The translations under genes were made by a program, and so were the position numbers. A model generated the notes under the pieces. It saw only the letters and a list, made by a program, of their open reading frames with translations. It was not told where the DNA came from and made no database searches. From Nitrospinaceae bacterium (lineage in GTDB: Bacteria > Nitrospinota > Nitrospinia > Nitrospinales > VA-1), in contig JBHHVU010000060.1 of assembly GCA_046754465.1 (NCBI GenBank), positions 1 through 18,717 on the forward strand: a DNA stretch of 18,717 bases, read 5' to 3'. Within the stretch, counting starts at the first letter, position 1; each line of letters opens with the position of its first letter. Shown here piece by piece: positions 1 through 8,130 of the stretch.

Positions 1-1299
1 GGGTTGGTTTTCGTTTGCGGCGACGGCAATATCCTTTTGCAATTGGAGAAACGCGCTCTCCCGTCTCAGCAATTCATTGACGGTCTTTAATTCTTCCGTC
101 CGTTGGGCCACCAATTCCTCCATTTGATGGTGGTATCGGTTCAATTCCGCCGTCATGGTATTGAAGGATTCCGCCAGTTGACCGATCTCATTCCTGGCTG
201 GGATTTCTATTTTTTCATTCAGCTCCCCGGCGGCAATTCTCCGCGTCATGGATTGCAATTTGGCGATGGGCCGGGAAAAAGTTTTGGCGGCGAAAAGGGT
301 GACGCCAATCACCAAGAGGATGGTGGCAAGGCCCACATAAATCAAAAGGTCGCGGAATGTCGATATGGGTTGAAACGCCTCCGAGGCGTCCATTTTAATG
401 ACCATCCCCCACCGGATCGAAGGCAGATATTTCCAGGCCGCGAGGACTTCCCGGTTGCGATAGTCGTGGGCCACCCCCGACCCTTGTTTTTTATTGACCG
501 CCTCCTGAATGGGCATGGCGAGGGGGGAATCCAGAATCACTTTTCTCTTAAAGGCGGCATCCGGGTCGAATCGGGAGGGGGCCATGAACAGGGCTTCATG
601 GCCGACCCGGGCAGCCACTACGGTTTCACCGGTTTTTCCCAATCCCGTAACGTCGTTGACCACCTTGGCGAGCTCACGCATGTTCATCTGAAGAGCCACG
701 ACCCCGGCGAACCGGCCTTGATGAAAAACGGGAGCCGCCATGAAACCGGCGGGTTTCCTGGCGGGAGGGTAGTAATCGAATTTCGAGATCTCGGTTTCCA
801 GGAGGGTGACCGCCTTCAAAAATACCCCGGCCAATTCCATTTTCCGATAGGGTCCCCGCTGAAGATTGGTTCCCAATTCTTCCCGGTGCATCACCGAAAA
901 AATAACATCGCCGTCCCGGGAAATCAGAAACAGATCCTCATAACCATAGGTTTCCTTGTAAGTGGTCATGAAGGGTCTCAATTGCCTGTCAATGGAAATA
1001 TATTCCGGGGACGCCGTTCCCCCTTTTTGGAACACATGGTTGAATTCCACCAACGCATTCATGAGTGAAGGCATTTGTGAAAGGGTCTTTACCGCTCCAT
1101 GCCTTTCGTTGATGTAGGATTCGATATGTTCGGCATGCCTCGTTAAAATGGTCCGGAGGTAGGTAAGCTTTTCGGTCTGCAAGGTCTTTTTCGACTGGAA
1201 ATAGGTTAAAGACAAAATAACGAGGAGAGGCAGCAAGGCGATGGGAAAAAAATAGAATAATAGCTGGGTGAATATGGTGGATTTGAAAAGTTTTTTCAT
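1..1299 (-). CDS. Membrane sensor protein, TM-Cache-TM-HAMP-coiled coil (probably a histidine kinase or other signal transducer); 3' end truncated by the window edge
   Basis: Not in the ORF track because it has no stop in the window. Hand translation from ATG at 1299 is open to base 1: MKKLFKSTIFTQLLFYFFPIALLPLLVILSLTYF (TM1); YGYEDLFLISRDGDVIFSV...YYPPARKPAGFMAAPV...GLGKTGETVV...DYRNREVLAAWKYLPSIRWGMVIKMDASEAF (dCache-like); LIYVGLATILLVIGVTLFAA (TM2); RPIAKLQSMTRRIAAGELNEKIEIPARNEIGQLAESFNTMT (HAMP); MEELVAQRTEELKTVNELL (signalling helix). The output domain lies outside the window. Confidence 0.9.
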   Translation of the reverse strand, partial: MKKLFKSTIFTQLLFYFFPIALLPLLVILSLTYFQSKKTLQTEKLTYLRTILTRHAEHIESYINERHGAVKTLSQMPSLMNALVEFNHVFQKGGTASPEYISIDRQLRPFMTTYKETYGYEDLFLISRDGDVIFSVMHREELGTNLQRGPYRKMELAGVFLKAVTLLETEISKFDYYPPARKPAGFMAAPVFHQGRFAGVVALQMNMRELAKVVNDVTGLGKTGETVVAARVGHEALFMAPSRFDPDAAFKRKVILDSPLAMPIQEAVNKKQGSGVAHDYRNREVLAAWKYLPSIRWGMVIKMDASEAFQPISTFRDLLIYVGLATILLVIGVTLFAAKTFSRPIAKLQSMTRRIAAGELNEKIEIPARNEIGQLAESFNTMTAELNRYHHQMEELVAQRTEELKTVNELLRRESAFLQLQKDIAVAANENQP

Positions 1300-1328
1300 G
1301 GATTTTCATCCGGGGAAACTTGGCGGGG

Positions 1329-2630
1329 TCATGAACTGGCCCAGCGGTTTCCCCAACCCAGGTAAAGATTCTTGAGAAAATTTTCCCACTCCGATCTGGA
1401 TTGATAGATGGGATATGGCACGGGCCGGATGGGTTCTTCCGAACTCCAGACAATGTCGAAAAACCCGTCCTTTCTGGTTTTCCCGATGTGAGACGACCTC
1501 CACGTGTGCAGAGTGACTGGGTCCACGTAGACGAATCCCTCGGGCGCGATCAGGCTCTGTCCTTTAATAGTGTTTCTCACCGCCCGGGGTTGGGCGGAAC
1601 CCGCTTCCCTGACCGCCTGGGCCCACAGGTGAATGCCAAAGTATTCCGCCTCCATGGGATCGTCCACTACCCGGTCCTTTCCATACATGGCCTTGAACTT
1701 GTTCACGAAGCGGGTGTTTTCCGGGGATTGAATGCCCTGGAAATAACTCCATGCGGCATAATCCCCCGCCATGGAGGAGAAAGCCATCTTCCGGTATTCG
1801 TGCTCGGCAATGCTGAAGGATACGACGGGAATCTTTTGCGGGGTCACCCCCATGCGGCGCAGTTCTTGAAAGAAGGCCCGGTTGGAATCGCCGTTGATGG
1901 TGTTCAGGATGACCGCGGGCCGCGCCGCGATAATTTTTTGGACAATTTCCGTGACCTCCCCACTGCCCAGGGGCAGATACTCTTCCCCGAGAATCTTTCC
2001 TCCCAGGGAATCGATGAGATTTTTTATAATTAAATTCGCGGTACGGGGAAAAACATAATCCGACCCCACCAGGAAAAACTTTTGCCCCAAATGGTCCAGG
2101 CACCATTTGACGGCGGGAATGATCTGCTGGTTGGGAGCCGCCCCGGTATAGATGATATTGGGGGACTGCTCGATGCCCTCATATTGGACCGGGTAGAAAA
2201 GGAGATGATTCTCCTTTTCAAAAACGGGCTTGACCGATTTGCGGCAGGCGGAGGTCCAGCACCCGAACACCACGCTCACCCCTTCCCCCTTAATCAGGCG
2301 TTCGGCCGCCTGGAGGAAAGTCGGCCCGTCGGAACGGCCATCCACCACGATGGGAACCACCTTGCGGCCTAAAACACCCCCTCCGCGGTTGATCTCATCG
2401 ATGGCCAACAACGCGGCATCCACCACCGGTTTTTCGCTAAAAGCCATCGTCCCGGTCAGGGAATGCAGAATGCCCACCTTGAAACCATTTTCGCTTTGAA
2501 CGGATTTGGGACTGCTTGGATTAAATTTGGCCCGGCTTTGGCAGTCCGGTCCCCAGCAGTTGACCGCGGCATAAAAGGAAAAAGCGGCCCCCAAACCTAT
2601 AAAAACGATGGCGAGTAGAATCTTCTTCAT
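1329..2630 (-). CDS. urtA: UrtA/FmdD/AmiC-family urea/short-amide periplasmic binding protein
   Basis: KVGILHSLTGTMAFSE, VFGCWTSACRKSVKPVFEKENHLLFYPVQYEGIE, YTGAAPNQQIIPAV and LVGSDYVFPRTAN are hallmark UrtA motifs. Start moved to ATG 2630 (MKKILLAIVFIGLGAAFSFYAAV, a signal or anchor sequence). The family is secure; orthology to transporter-associated urtA is not. Confidence 0.88.
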   Translation of the reverse strand: MKKILLAIVFIGLGAAFSFYAAVNCWGPDCQSRAKFNPSSPKSVQSENGFKVGILHSLTGTMAFSEKPVVDAALLAIDEINRGGGVLGRKVVPIVVDGRSDGPTFLQAAERLIKGEGVSVVFGCWTSACRKSVKPVFEKENHLLFYPVQYEGIEQSPNIIYTGAAPNQQIIPAVKWCLDHLGQKFFLVGSDYVFPRTANLIIKNLIDSLGGKILGEEYLPLGSGEVTEIVQKIIAARPAVILNTINGDSNRAFFQELRRMGVTPQKIPVVSFSIAEHEYRKMAFSSMAGDYAAWSYFQGIQSPENTRFVNKFKAMYGKDRVVDDPMEAEYFGIHLWAQAVREAGSAQPRAVRNTIKGQSLIAPEGFVYVDPVTLHTWRSSHIGKTRKDGFFDIVWSSEEPIRPVPYPIYQSRSEWENFLKNLYLGWGNRWASS

Positions 2631-2735
2631 CGGAAAAGGGAATTGAAATAAAATGCATCCATTCCCCAATTAGATTATTTTAGAAAATTAATGTAATAGT
2701 GATAGGTGCCAATATCCCAGAACTGGCCTCTTATT

Positions 2736-2766
2736 ATTGTACCAAGATTAATCAAGTTTGTGTCAA
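2736..2766 (-). promoter_or_regulatory. Candidate sigma70 promoter for the urtA-sensor pair
   Basis: The minus strand reads TTGACA (2766-2761), a 19-nt spacer, then TACAAT (2741-2736) preceded by TGG (extended -10 TGn), in an AT-rich intergenic region. The spacer is long but the extended -10 fits. Confidence 0.5.
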
Positions 2767-2881
2767 CAAATTCAATGAGTTCCTAATAATATTGATTTTC
2801 GCCCAAGTCCCTGCCTGGTTTGCGGGATTCAACAGGGGGAAAACTGGTGGCCGGGCAAGGAATGGGTGAGGTTCGGTCGCT

Positions 2882-3067
2882 TCATTGAGTTCGGCAAACC
2901 GAAAATTCGGCCACGTTTCCGTTCCGGACCGAGTAGCGGATTTCCAGGGGATGGCAACAAACTTCGCAATCTTCGATATAGATCTGGCCGTTGACGGATA
3001 AATCCAGGACCGCTGAAATGGTTTGGCCGCAATACGGACAGGAAAAAAATTTTTCTTTGGTCTCCAT
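2882..3067 (-). CDS. CPXCG-motif cysteine-rich small protein (zinc-ribbon-like)
   Basis: 61 aa with CPYCG...LD.S...Q.YIEDCEVCCHP, the typical pattern of the Cys_rich_CPXG family. Confidence 0.9.
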   Translation of the reverse strand: METKEKFFSCPYCGQTISAVLDLSVNGQIYIEDCEVCCHPLEIRYSVRNGNVAEFSVCRTQ

Positions 3068-3180
3068 GTTCAGAAAATTGCCCTACCTCAGCGGAGTGAT
3101 TTGCAAGGCGTTATATGCCGGAACAAGGTGAACTGGCGATGATGCCCTGCCCCAATCCCCCGCCCTCGTGGAGGGCCCGG

Positions 3181-4521
3181 TTATAAGACTTTGAAGGTCA
3201 GAAACGTCAGGTCGTCCTGCTGGGGGGCGTTGTGGGTGAATCTTTCTATTTCCGCCTGCAGTTGGCCGATCAGTTTCGTCACGGAATTCGTGTTATGGGT
3301 CAAAACCTGTTGTAAGCGAGACAGACCGAAATGTTCTCTTTTGGGATTGTAAGCTTCGGTCGCCCCGTCGGTAAAAAGAAAAACCAGGTTCCCGCTTTCC
3401 AACGGGATATCCTCGGCCAGATATTCGGCGTTGGGAAGAATGCCCAGGGGAACTCCCCCGGCCCTTCCTTTTTCAATGGTCCGGTTTTCAGGACCTCTTA
3501 TCAACAACGGCGGATGACCCGCGTTGGCTATCCTCAAACGGCACCGGTCCATTTCCAGCAGGAGGAAGATGGCGGTCGCGAACATCCCTTGCCGGGAACG
3601 TTCACAGAGGATCCGGTTGATCTGTTTCAGCACCATGACGGGGTCGGGATCCATTTGGGAGAGATAACGGAAATCACTCAGTAACCGGGCCATGTACAGG
3701 GCGGCGGAAACCCCCTTGCCCGAGACATCCCCGAGAACCATCCCCAGCCGGTTATTCTTGAGGGGGATGAAATCATAAAAATCCCCGCCCACGAATTTGG
3801 CGGGAACCATTTTAGCGGCGAATTCAAAATGAGGATGTTGAGGGAGCTTTTCGGGTAAAAACCCTTCCTGAACCAGCTTGGCGAATTTCAATTCACTTTC
3901 GATCCGTTCCTTTTCCACGGTCACTTTTTTCAATTCATCAAAGGCCCTTGCATTGGCAATGGCCGCGGCCATGTGGTCGGCAAGGATCTGTCCCCAGACC
4001 TGTTCCTCGCCTTTCTGCGGCAACGGGATCCGCGTAAATTCCGCCGATACGCCAAGCACCTGGCCTTTGTAAACCAGCGGGAAGGCGGAAAACCCGTGGA
4101 TATTCCGGGCCTCGGCCCACGCCCGGCTGGATTCCCCGGTTGAATCCCGTGTCATGTCGGAAACGGTTATGGATTTTACATTAGCGGCGACCCGCCCGAT
4201 TTTGCGCACGCCCAGGGGGATGCGGCGAACATCTTCCTCAATCCGCTCCAGGGACGGACCGTTTCTGGAAATCCGCGGGCCCGCGCTGCCGACCAGATGA
4301 AGGCAGGCTTTCTGGTCCGGGCATACCTCACGCATCGGGCAGGAAGAACAGAGATCACCCGGTAACACCAGCCATAGCCGGACCAGAACCACGTGAGGAA
4401 TCTCCAACATCCGTGTTCCGATCAATTGCAGCAACGCTTCCCAGGACCTTTCTTGGGCCATGTCGAGCAGGAGTTGTTTGTACAAATCGAATTCCGGCTT
4501 GTAATCGGGGTCGAGATCCAT
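3181..4521 (-). CDS. GAF domain + PP2C/SpoIIE (RsbU-type) Ser/Thr phosphatase
   Basis: C-terminal PP2C motifs: ELKFAKLVQEGFLP, VGGDFYDF, LGDVSGKGVSAALYMA, NAGHPP, FTDGATEA, QQDDLT. N-terminal GAF: RIPLGVRKIGRVA, GFSAFPLVYKGQVLGV, LADHMAAAIANARAF. Cys insert at C58/C61/C67/C73. Confidence 0.93.
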   Translation of the reverse strand: MDLDPDYKPEFDLYKQLLLDMAQERSWEALLQLIGTRMLEIPHVVLVRLWLVLPGDLCSSCPMREVCPDQKACLHLVGSAGPRISRNGPSLERIEEDVRRIPLGVRKIGRVAANVKSITVSDMTRDSTGESSRAWAEARNIHGFSAFPLVYKGQVLGVSAEFTRIPLPQKGEEQVWGQILADHMAAAIANARAFDELKKVTVEKERIESELKFAKLVQEGFLPEKLPQHPHFEFAAKMVPAKFVGGDFYDFIPLKNNRLGMVLGDVSGKGVSAALYMARLLSDFRYLSQMDPDPVMVLKQINRILCERSRQGMFATAIFLLLEMDRCRLRIANAGHPPLLIRGPENRTIEKGRAGGVPLGILPNAEYLAEDIPLESGNLVFLFTDGATEAYNPKREHFGLSRLQQVLTHNTNSVTKLIGQLQAEIERFTHNAPQQDDLTFLTFKVL

Positions 4522-4669
4522 GGAGGGAAGTTTAATCTATTTTTCTTCGGCGGGAAAACATTTATCCTTGGTGGATTTCGAAAAGATTCCGCAAAGGCAT
4601 TCAGGGGGTGAAACGGTTACGATTTAACGGCGGAAAGGGAAGTATTGGGACGGGGAGGGTAAAAAACGA

Positions 4670-5641
4670 TCAGAAGGGGCACTCGTCTGCCTGGCGAATG
4701 CAATAATCTATTTCCAAATTTTCATCATCGTAAACCCCCACGCCAAAACTCACGGTGATGGGTATTTCCTTCTGACGGAAATGGAATTTTTCGGATTCGA
4801 CCAAGGCACAGAATTTTTCCGCCAGAAACGTCGCCCCTTTCAAACTCGTCTCCGGCAAAAGAAGGAGAAACCGTTCGTCGGACCAGCGGCAAACCACGTC
4901 CTGCTTTCGGGAATTCTTGTCCAGCAGATTCGCCACCTGAACCAAAAGGTGATTTCCCGTTTCGGGACCCTGGGTATCGATGATTTTCCGGAAATCATCG
5001 ATTTCCGCCCAGATAAGGGCGAAGGATTTGCGGCTGCGTTCAAACCGGAATTTTTCATAATACAATTTTTCCGTCATGTCTCTCCGATTGGGCAACCCTG
5101 TCAAGGGGTCGGTATTCGAGGAGGAGGCCAGTTTTTGTTTCAGGGATTGGATTTCTTTTATAAGCTCATCCTTTTTCATTTTCTTCCATTCGGGGGTCAT
5201 GGTATCCAGCGTGGGGGGTGGGGGCATGTCGTCTGCTTCCGGAAGGGGGCGCTTATTTTTCACAGCTTTCAGGACGGCCCCTTGCAGGGTGGCGGGGGTT
5301 AGGAAATCCTTGACCAGGTAATCGCTGGCGCCCTCCTTCATGGCCAAAACAGCCACGGTTTCATCCCCCTGACCGGTTAGCATGATCGCGGTGCCGCGGT
5401 AGCCCATTTTTTTAAGGTTCGAAAGAAATTCCAGTCCGTCGGTATCGGTCAATATGTAATCGAGCAGAATGCAATCGGGGTTCACCGCCCGGCACAGCTC
5501 CAGCCCGTCCTCGCCGGTATCGGTTTCCAGGAAAAAACATTCCAGGTCCCGGCTGCGGCTGAGCAGGCGTTTATAGAGTTGCCGGTCTTCGGGACTGTCA
5601 TCCACCAAAAGGATTTTGAGATGCGTTTTGGTTGCCATCAT
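4670..5641 (-). CDS. Response regulator with a degenerate GGDEF domain (REC-xGGDEF; predicted catalytically inactive, I-site intact)
   Basis: REC residues are intact (LLVDDS, ILLDY, MLTG, YLVKD). The GGDEF fold has DPLTGLPNRR but the A-site reads RWSDERF, with RKQD five residues upstream. The start overlaps the stop of the upstream receiver gene (ATGA). Confidence 0.88.
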   Translation of the reverse strand: MMATKTHLKILLVDDSPEDRQLYKRLLSRSRDLECFFLETDTGEDGLELCRAVNPDCILLDYILTDTDGLEFLSNLKKMGYRGTAIMLTGQGDETVAVLAMKEGASDYLVKDFLTPATLQGAVLKAVKNKRPLPEADDMPPPPTLDTMTPEWKKMKKDELIKEIQSLKQKLASSSNTDPLTGLPNRRDMTEKLYYEKFRFERSRKSFALIWAEIDDFRKIIDTQGPETGNHLLVQVANLLDKNSRKQDVVCRWSDERFLLLLPETSLKGATFLAEKFCALVESEKFHFRQKEIPITVSFGVGVYDDENLEIDYCIRQADECPF

Positions 5642-6099
5642 GCGGAGAAATCTTCATTGGGTAGGAGGGCGGCCTCGAACCAGAAATCCTTGAACCGCTG
5701 TATTTTTTCGACGAATTTCCTGAAATCCACCGACTTGTTCAAGAACGAGTTGGCGCCGGCATCGTAACATTTTTGAATATCCCGGTCCTCGGAGGAGGTG
5801 GTCAACACGATGGCCGGTATTTTTTTGAGGACCGGATCCGACTTGATTTCCACCAACACTTCCCGTCCATCCGTTCCCGGAAGATTGAGGTCGAGCAGAA
5901 TCAAATCCGGGCGGGGCGAGGTTTTCGGGTCGCTGAATTTACCGCGCCGGAACAAATAATCCAAGGCATCGTCCCCGTCCACGCAGCGTTTCACGGGATA
6001 GGCCACTCCGGATTTCTTAAAGGCTCGAAGGGTGGTTGCAAAATCCTCGTCACTGTCCTCGACGAGCAGGATCCAAGGTTGGGATTTAATTTTTCTCAC
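5638..6099 (-). CDS. Single-domain response regulator, Rcp1-like
   Basis: ILLVEDSDED, DGDDALDYL.RRG, RPDLILLDLNLPGTDGREVL.EIK.DP.LK.IP.IVLTTS, CYDAGANSFLNK and FWFE match the Rcp1 family. Start moved to GTG 6099, which is preceded by GGGAGAAG and overlaps the kinase 3' end. Confidence 0.92.
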   Translation of the reverse strand: MRKIKSQPWILLVEDSDEDFATTLRAFKKSGVAYPVKRCVDGDDALDYLFRRGKFSDPKTSPRPDLILLDLNLPGTDGREVLVEIKSDPVLKKIPAIVLTTSSEDRDIQKCYDAGANSFLNKSVDFRKFVEKIQRFKDFWFEAALLPNEDFSA

Positions 6100-7831
6100 A
6101 AGGTGCTTCTCCCTGAAGGGTGAAATAAAAGGTGGTCCCTTGACCCACGATGGATTCCGCCCAAATTTTTCCATTATGCCGGTCAATGATTCTTTTAGTA
6201 ATGGTGAGGCCCACCCCCGTTCCTTCACCAAACTTATCGCGTCCGTTCAAACGCTTGAAAATGCGAAAAATGGTGTCCAGGTACTTTTCCCGGATGCCAA
6301 TGCCGTTGTCCCGGACAAAAAATACGGTGGTGGATTCCGGTCCGGAAGACGGGGCCTCCTGGTTCGGGATTTTGCCCATCGCCTCTTCCGCAACATCGCC
6401 ATCTTTAAATCCGATCTCCACCCATTTTTCCGGTTTGTCGTTATACTTGATCGCGTTGACGATCAGGTTTTGAAAAACCTCCTGAACCCGCACGGGATCA
6501 CACAACTGGGTGGGCAATCGCCCGTTTTTTTTCACGGCCACCCGTTTTTCGGCCAACATCACCTGAAGCGAATCCAGGACCTCGTCCACCACCCGGTTGA
6601 GGTCGGTGGGAACCAGGTTCAGCTCGGTCCGGCCCACCCGGGAGTAATACAGGATATCATTGATCTGTTTTTCCATCCGCCGGGAAAGGCGCACCAGGGT
6701 TTCCAGGTGAGACCGGCCCTCCTCATCCAGCCGGTCGTAATAGTCCTCCATGAGGAAGACGGAAAAATTGTGGATTCCTCTCAAGGGTTCCTTCAGATCG
6801 TGGGAAATCAGATAAGAGAAACTATCGAGTTCTATATTGGATTGGGAAAGTTTCCTGTTGGCGCGGACGAGGTCGGCGGTGCGCTCCTTCACCCGCGTTT
6901 CCAGTGTCCGGTAGGCTTTTTGAATCTCTTGTTCGGTCCGTTTCTGTTCTGAGAGGTCCCTGGCGGTGCACAGGAATTTTTGTTTTTCCTCCATGAACAT
7001 CTCGCTGATCCGTATTTCCAAGGGGAAAGAGGACCCGTCCTTCCTGATCCCGGCCACCTCCCTTTTGATTCCCCGAGTGCGCGTTTCCCAGGATTTCAAG
7101 GGGGTTTGAAGGGATTCATCCCACTGGCTCCCGTGGAGTCCGGGCATCAGCGTCCGCACGTTTTTTCCCATTACCTCCCCGGCTTGGTACTGGAAAAGAC
7201 GCTCCGCGGCTGGATTGAACGATTCGATGCTCCCTGTCTCATCCATGGCGATGACCGGGTCCTGGACCCCGTGCAAGAGAGCCCGAATACGGGCTTCACT
7301 CTCCCTCAGCCTTTTCTGCGCCCATTGGCGCTGGAAAACTTCTTCCACCAACTCCTCATTCACGGCCCTGAAACCGGAGGTCTTTTTATCGGTGGGCGGT
7401 TGAAAAGGTTCTTCCACCCTTTTCCAACCTTTCCCGCGGCCCAAACTTTTCCGGCCCATCCAGGCGGTGACCCAAAGGGCGAAAACGACGAAAACCCGGT
7501 TCAGAAAATCCCGGCCCAGCGCGGGACCCGAACCCGTCAAAACCGGTTGGATCAGGACCAGCACCGACCCCAAAGCGGCCGAGGCGGCGAAGTTCCATCG
7601 CCGGGGAACCCAATACCCGATACATACCAGAACGAGGTAAGGAATGCCCGCTGCCGCTCCCAGGTTCCCCTGAAGGTCCAGGATAAATCCTCCCGCTGCC
7701 AGGAGGAGACCCGCCCCATAAACCCACCATCCCACCCGGGAAGGGGGAACCAGAGGGGGTGAATTTTCCAACCCGGGGCCTTTCTCGCCCTTCTGGATTT
7801 CGGTGATGTTGAACGGCAAGTTATTCAGCAT
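6086..7831 (-). CDS. Membrane-bound PAS sensor histidine kinase with a Cph1/BphP-type transmitter
   Basis: About four N-terminal hydrophobic segments; PAS/PAC (FNPAAERLFQY...GIRKDGSSFPLEIRISE); H-box FSYLISHDLKEPLRGI; N-box VFQNLIVNAIKYN; G1 VRDNGIGI; F IFRIFKRL; G2 GTGVGLTI. No phytochrome GAF-PHY module. Confidence 0.93.
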   Translation of the reverse strand: MLNNLPFNITEIQKGEKGPGLENSPPLVPPSRVGWWVYGAGLLLAAGGFILDLQGNLGAAAGIPYLVLVCIGYWVPRRWNFAASAALGSVLVLIQPVLTGSGPALGRDFLNRVFVVFALWVTAWMGRKSLGRGKGWKRVEEPFQPPTDKKTSGFRAVNEELVEEVFQRQWAQKRLRESEARIRALLHGVQDPVIAMDETGSIESFNPAAERLFQYQAGEVMGKNVRTLMPGLHGSQWDESLQTPLKSWETRTRGIKREVAGIRKDGSSFPLEIRISEMFMEEKQKFLCTARDLSEQKRTEQEIQKAYRTLETRVKERTADLVRANRKLSQSNIELDSFSYLISHDLKEPLRGIHNFSVFLMEDYYDRLDEEGRSHLETLVRLSRRMEKQINDILYYSRVGRTELNLVPTDLNRVVDEVLDSLQVMLAEKRVAVKKNGRLPTQLCDPVRVQEVFQNLIVNAIKYNDKPEKWVEIGFKDGDVAEEAMGKIPNQEAPSSGPESTTVFFVRDNGIGIREKYLDTIFRIFKRLNGRDKFGEGTGVGLTITKRIIDRHNGKIWAESIVGQGTTFYFTLQGEAPCEKN

Positions 7832-7865
7832 AAACCCAGTGCAAAAAATAGAAGATTATTATAAA

Positions 7866-7894
7866 AGGTTAACCAACATATTAAATAAAGTCAA
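7866..7894 (-). promoter_or_regulatory. Candidate sigma70 promoter for the kinase-receiver-xGGDEF operon
   Basis: Minus strand TTGACT (7894-7889), a 17-nt spacer, then TAACCT (7871-7866), in an AT-rich patch about 35 nt upstream of the kinase ATG. Confidence 0.6.
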
Positions 7895-8130
7895 TATTTT
7901 TAAATAGTTACAGGGTCTCCCGGGACCCCGGAAGTGGGCGGATGCCGGACGCCCCTGCAACAAAATAAATCGCGGACGGCCGGGCGAAAAGGCGGAATTA
8001 GAGTCATTTTGGAGGGGTTCCCGGATCGATGGACTCCATGTATACGGGAGGTTCCAAAAAAGGCAGGGACATCCCGGCGGAACCGTATCGTAACTTTTTT
8101 TGCGGCCGAATAGGATTGCCGCGAACCCGG

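Noticed and set aside
103..1068. 321-aa plus-strand ORF
   Set aside because: Antisense shadow of the Cache-HAMP sensor gene; no protein-family features.
989..1503. Minus-strand ORFs 989-1453 and 1306-1503, and a possible frameshift at the start of the sensor gene
   Set aside because: These are alternative frames overlapping urtA and the sensor. The sensor frame from ATG 1299 is open to base 1, so no frameshift is needed.
2696..2711. TGGCAC on the minus strand as a sigma54 -24 box for urtA
   Set aside because: The -12 position reads ACTA rather than TTGC.
4670..5641. Calling the degenerate REC-GGDEF gene a pseudogene
   Set aside because: The frame is intact and translationally coupled, and REC and I-site residues are preserved while changes cluster at catalytic positions. 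This fits a pseudoenzyme better, though it is unproven.
6100..6231. 44-aa N-terminal extension of the Rcp1-like receiver in the ORF track
   Set aside because: It overlaps the kinase ATPase coding region; GTG 6099 has a ribosome-binding site and gives a normal-sized receiver.
6086..7831. Bacteriophytochrome
   Set aside because: The transmitter is phytochrome-like, but there is no PAS-GAF-PHY module or DIP/PASDIP motif.
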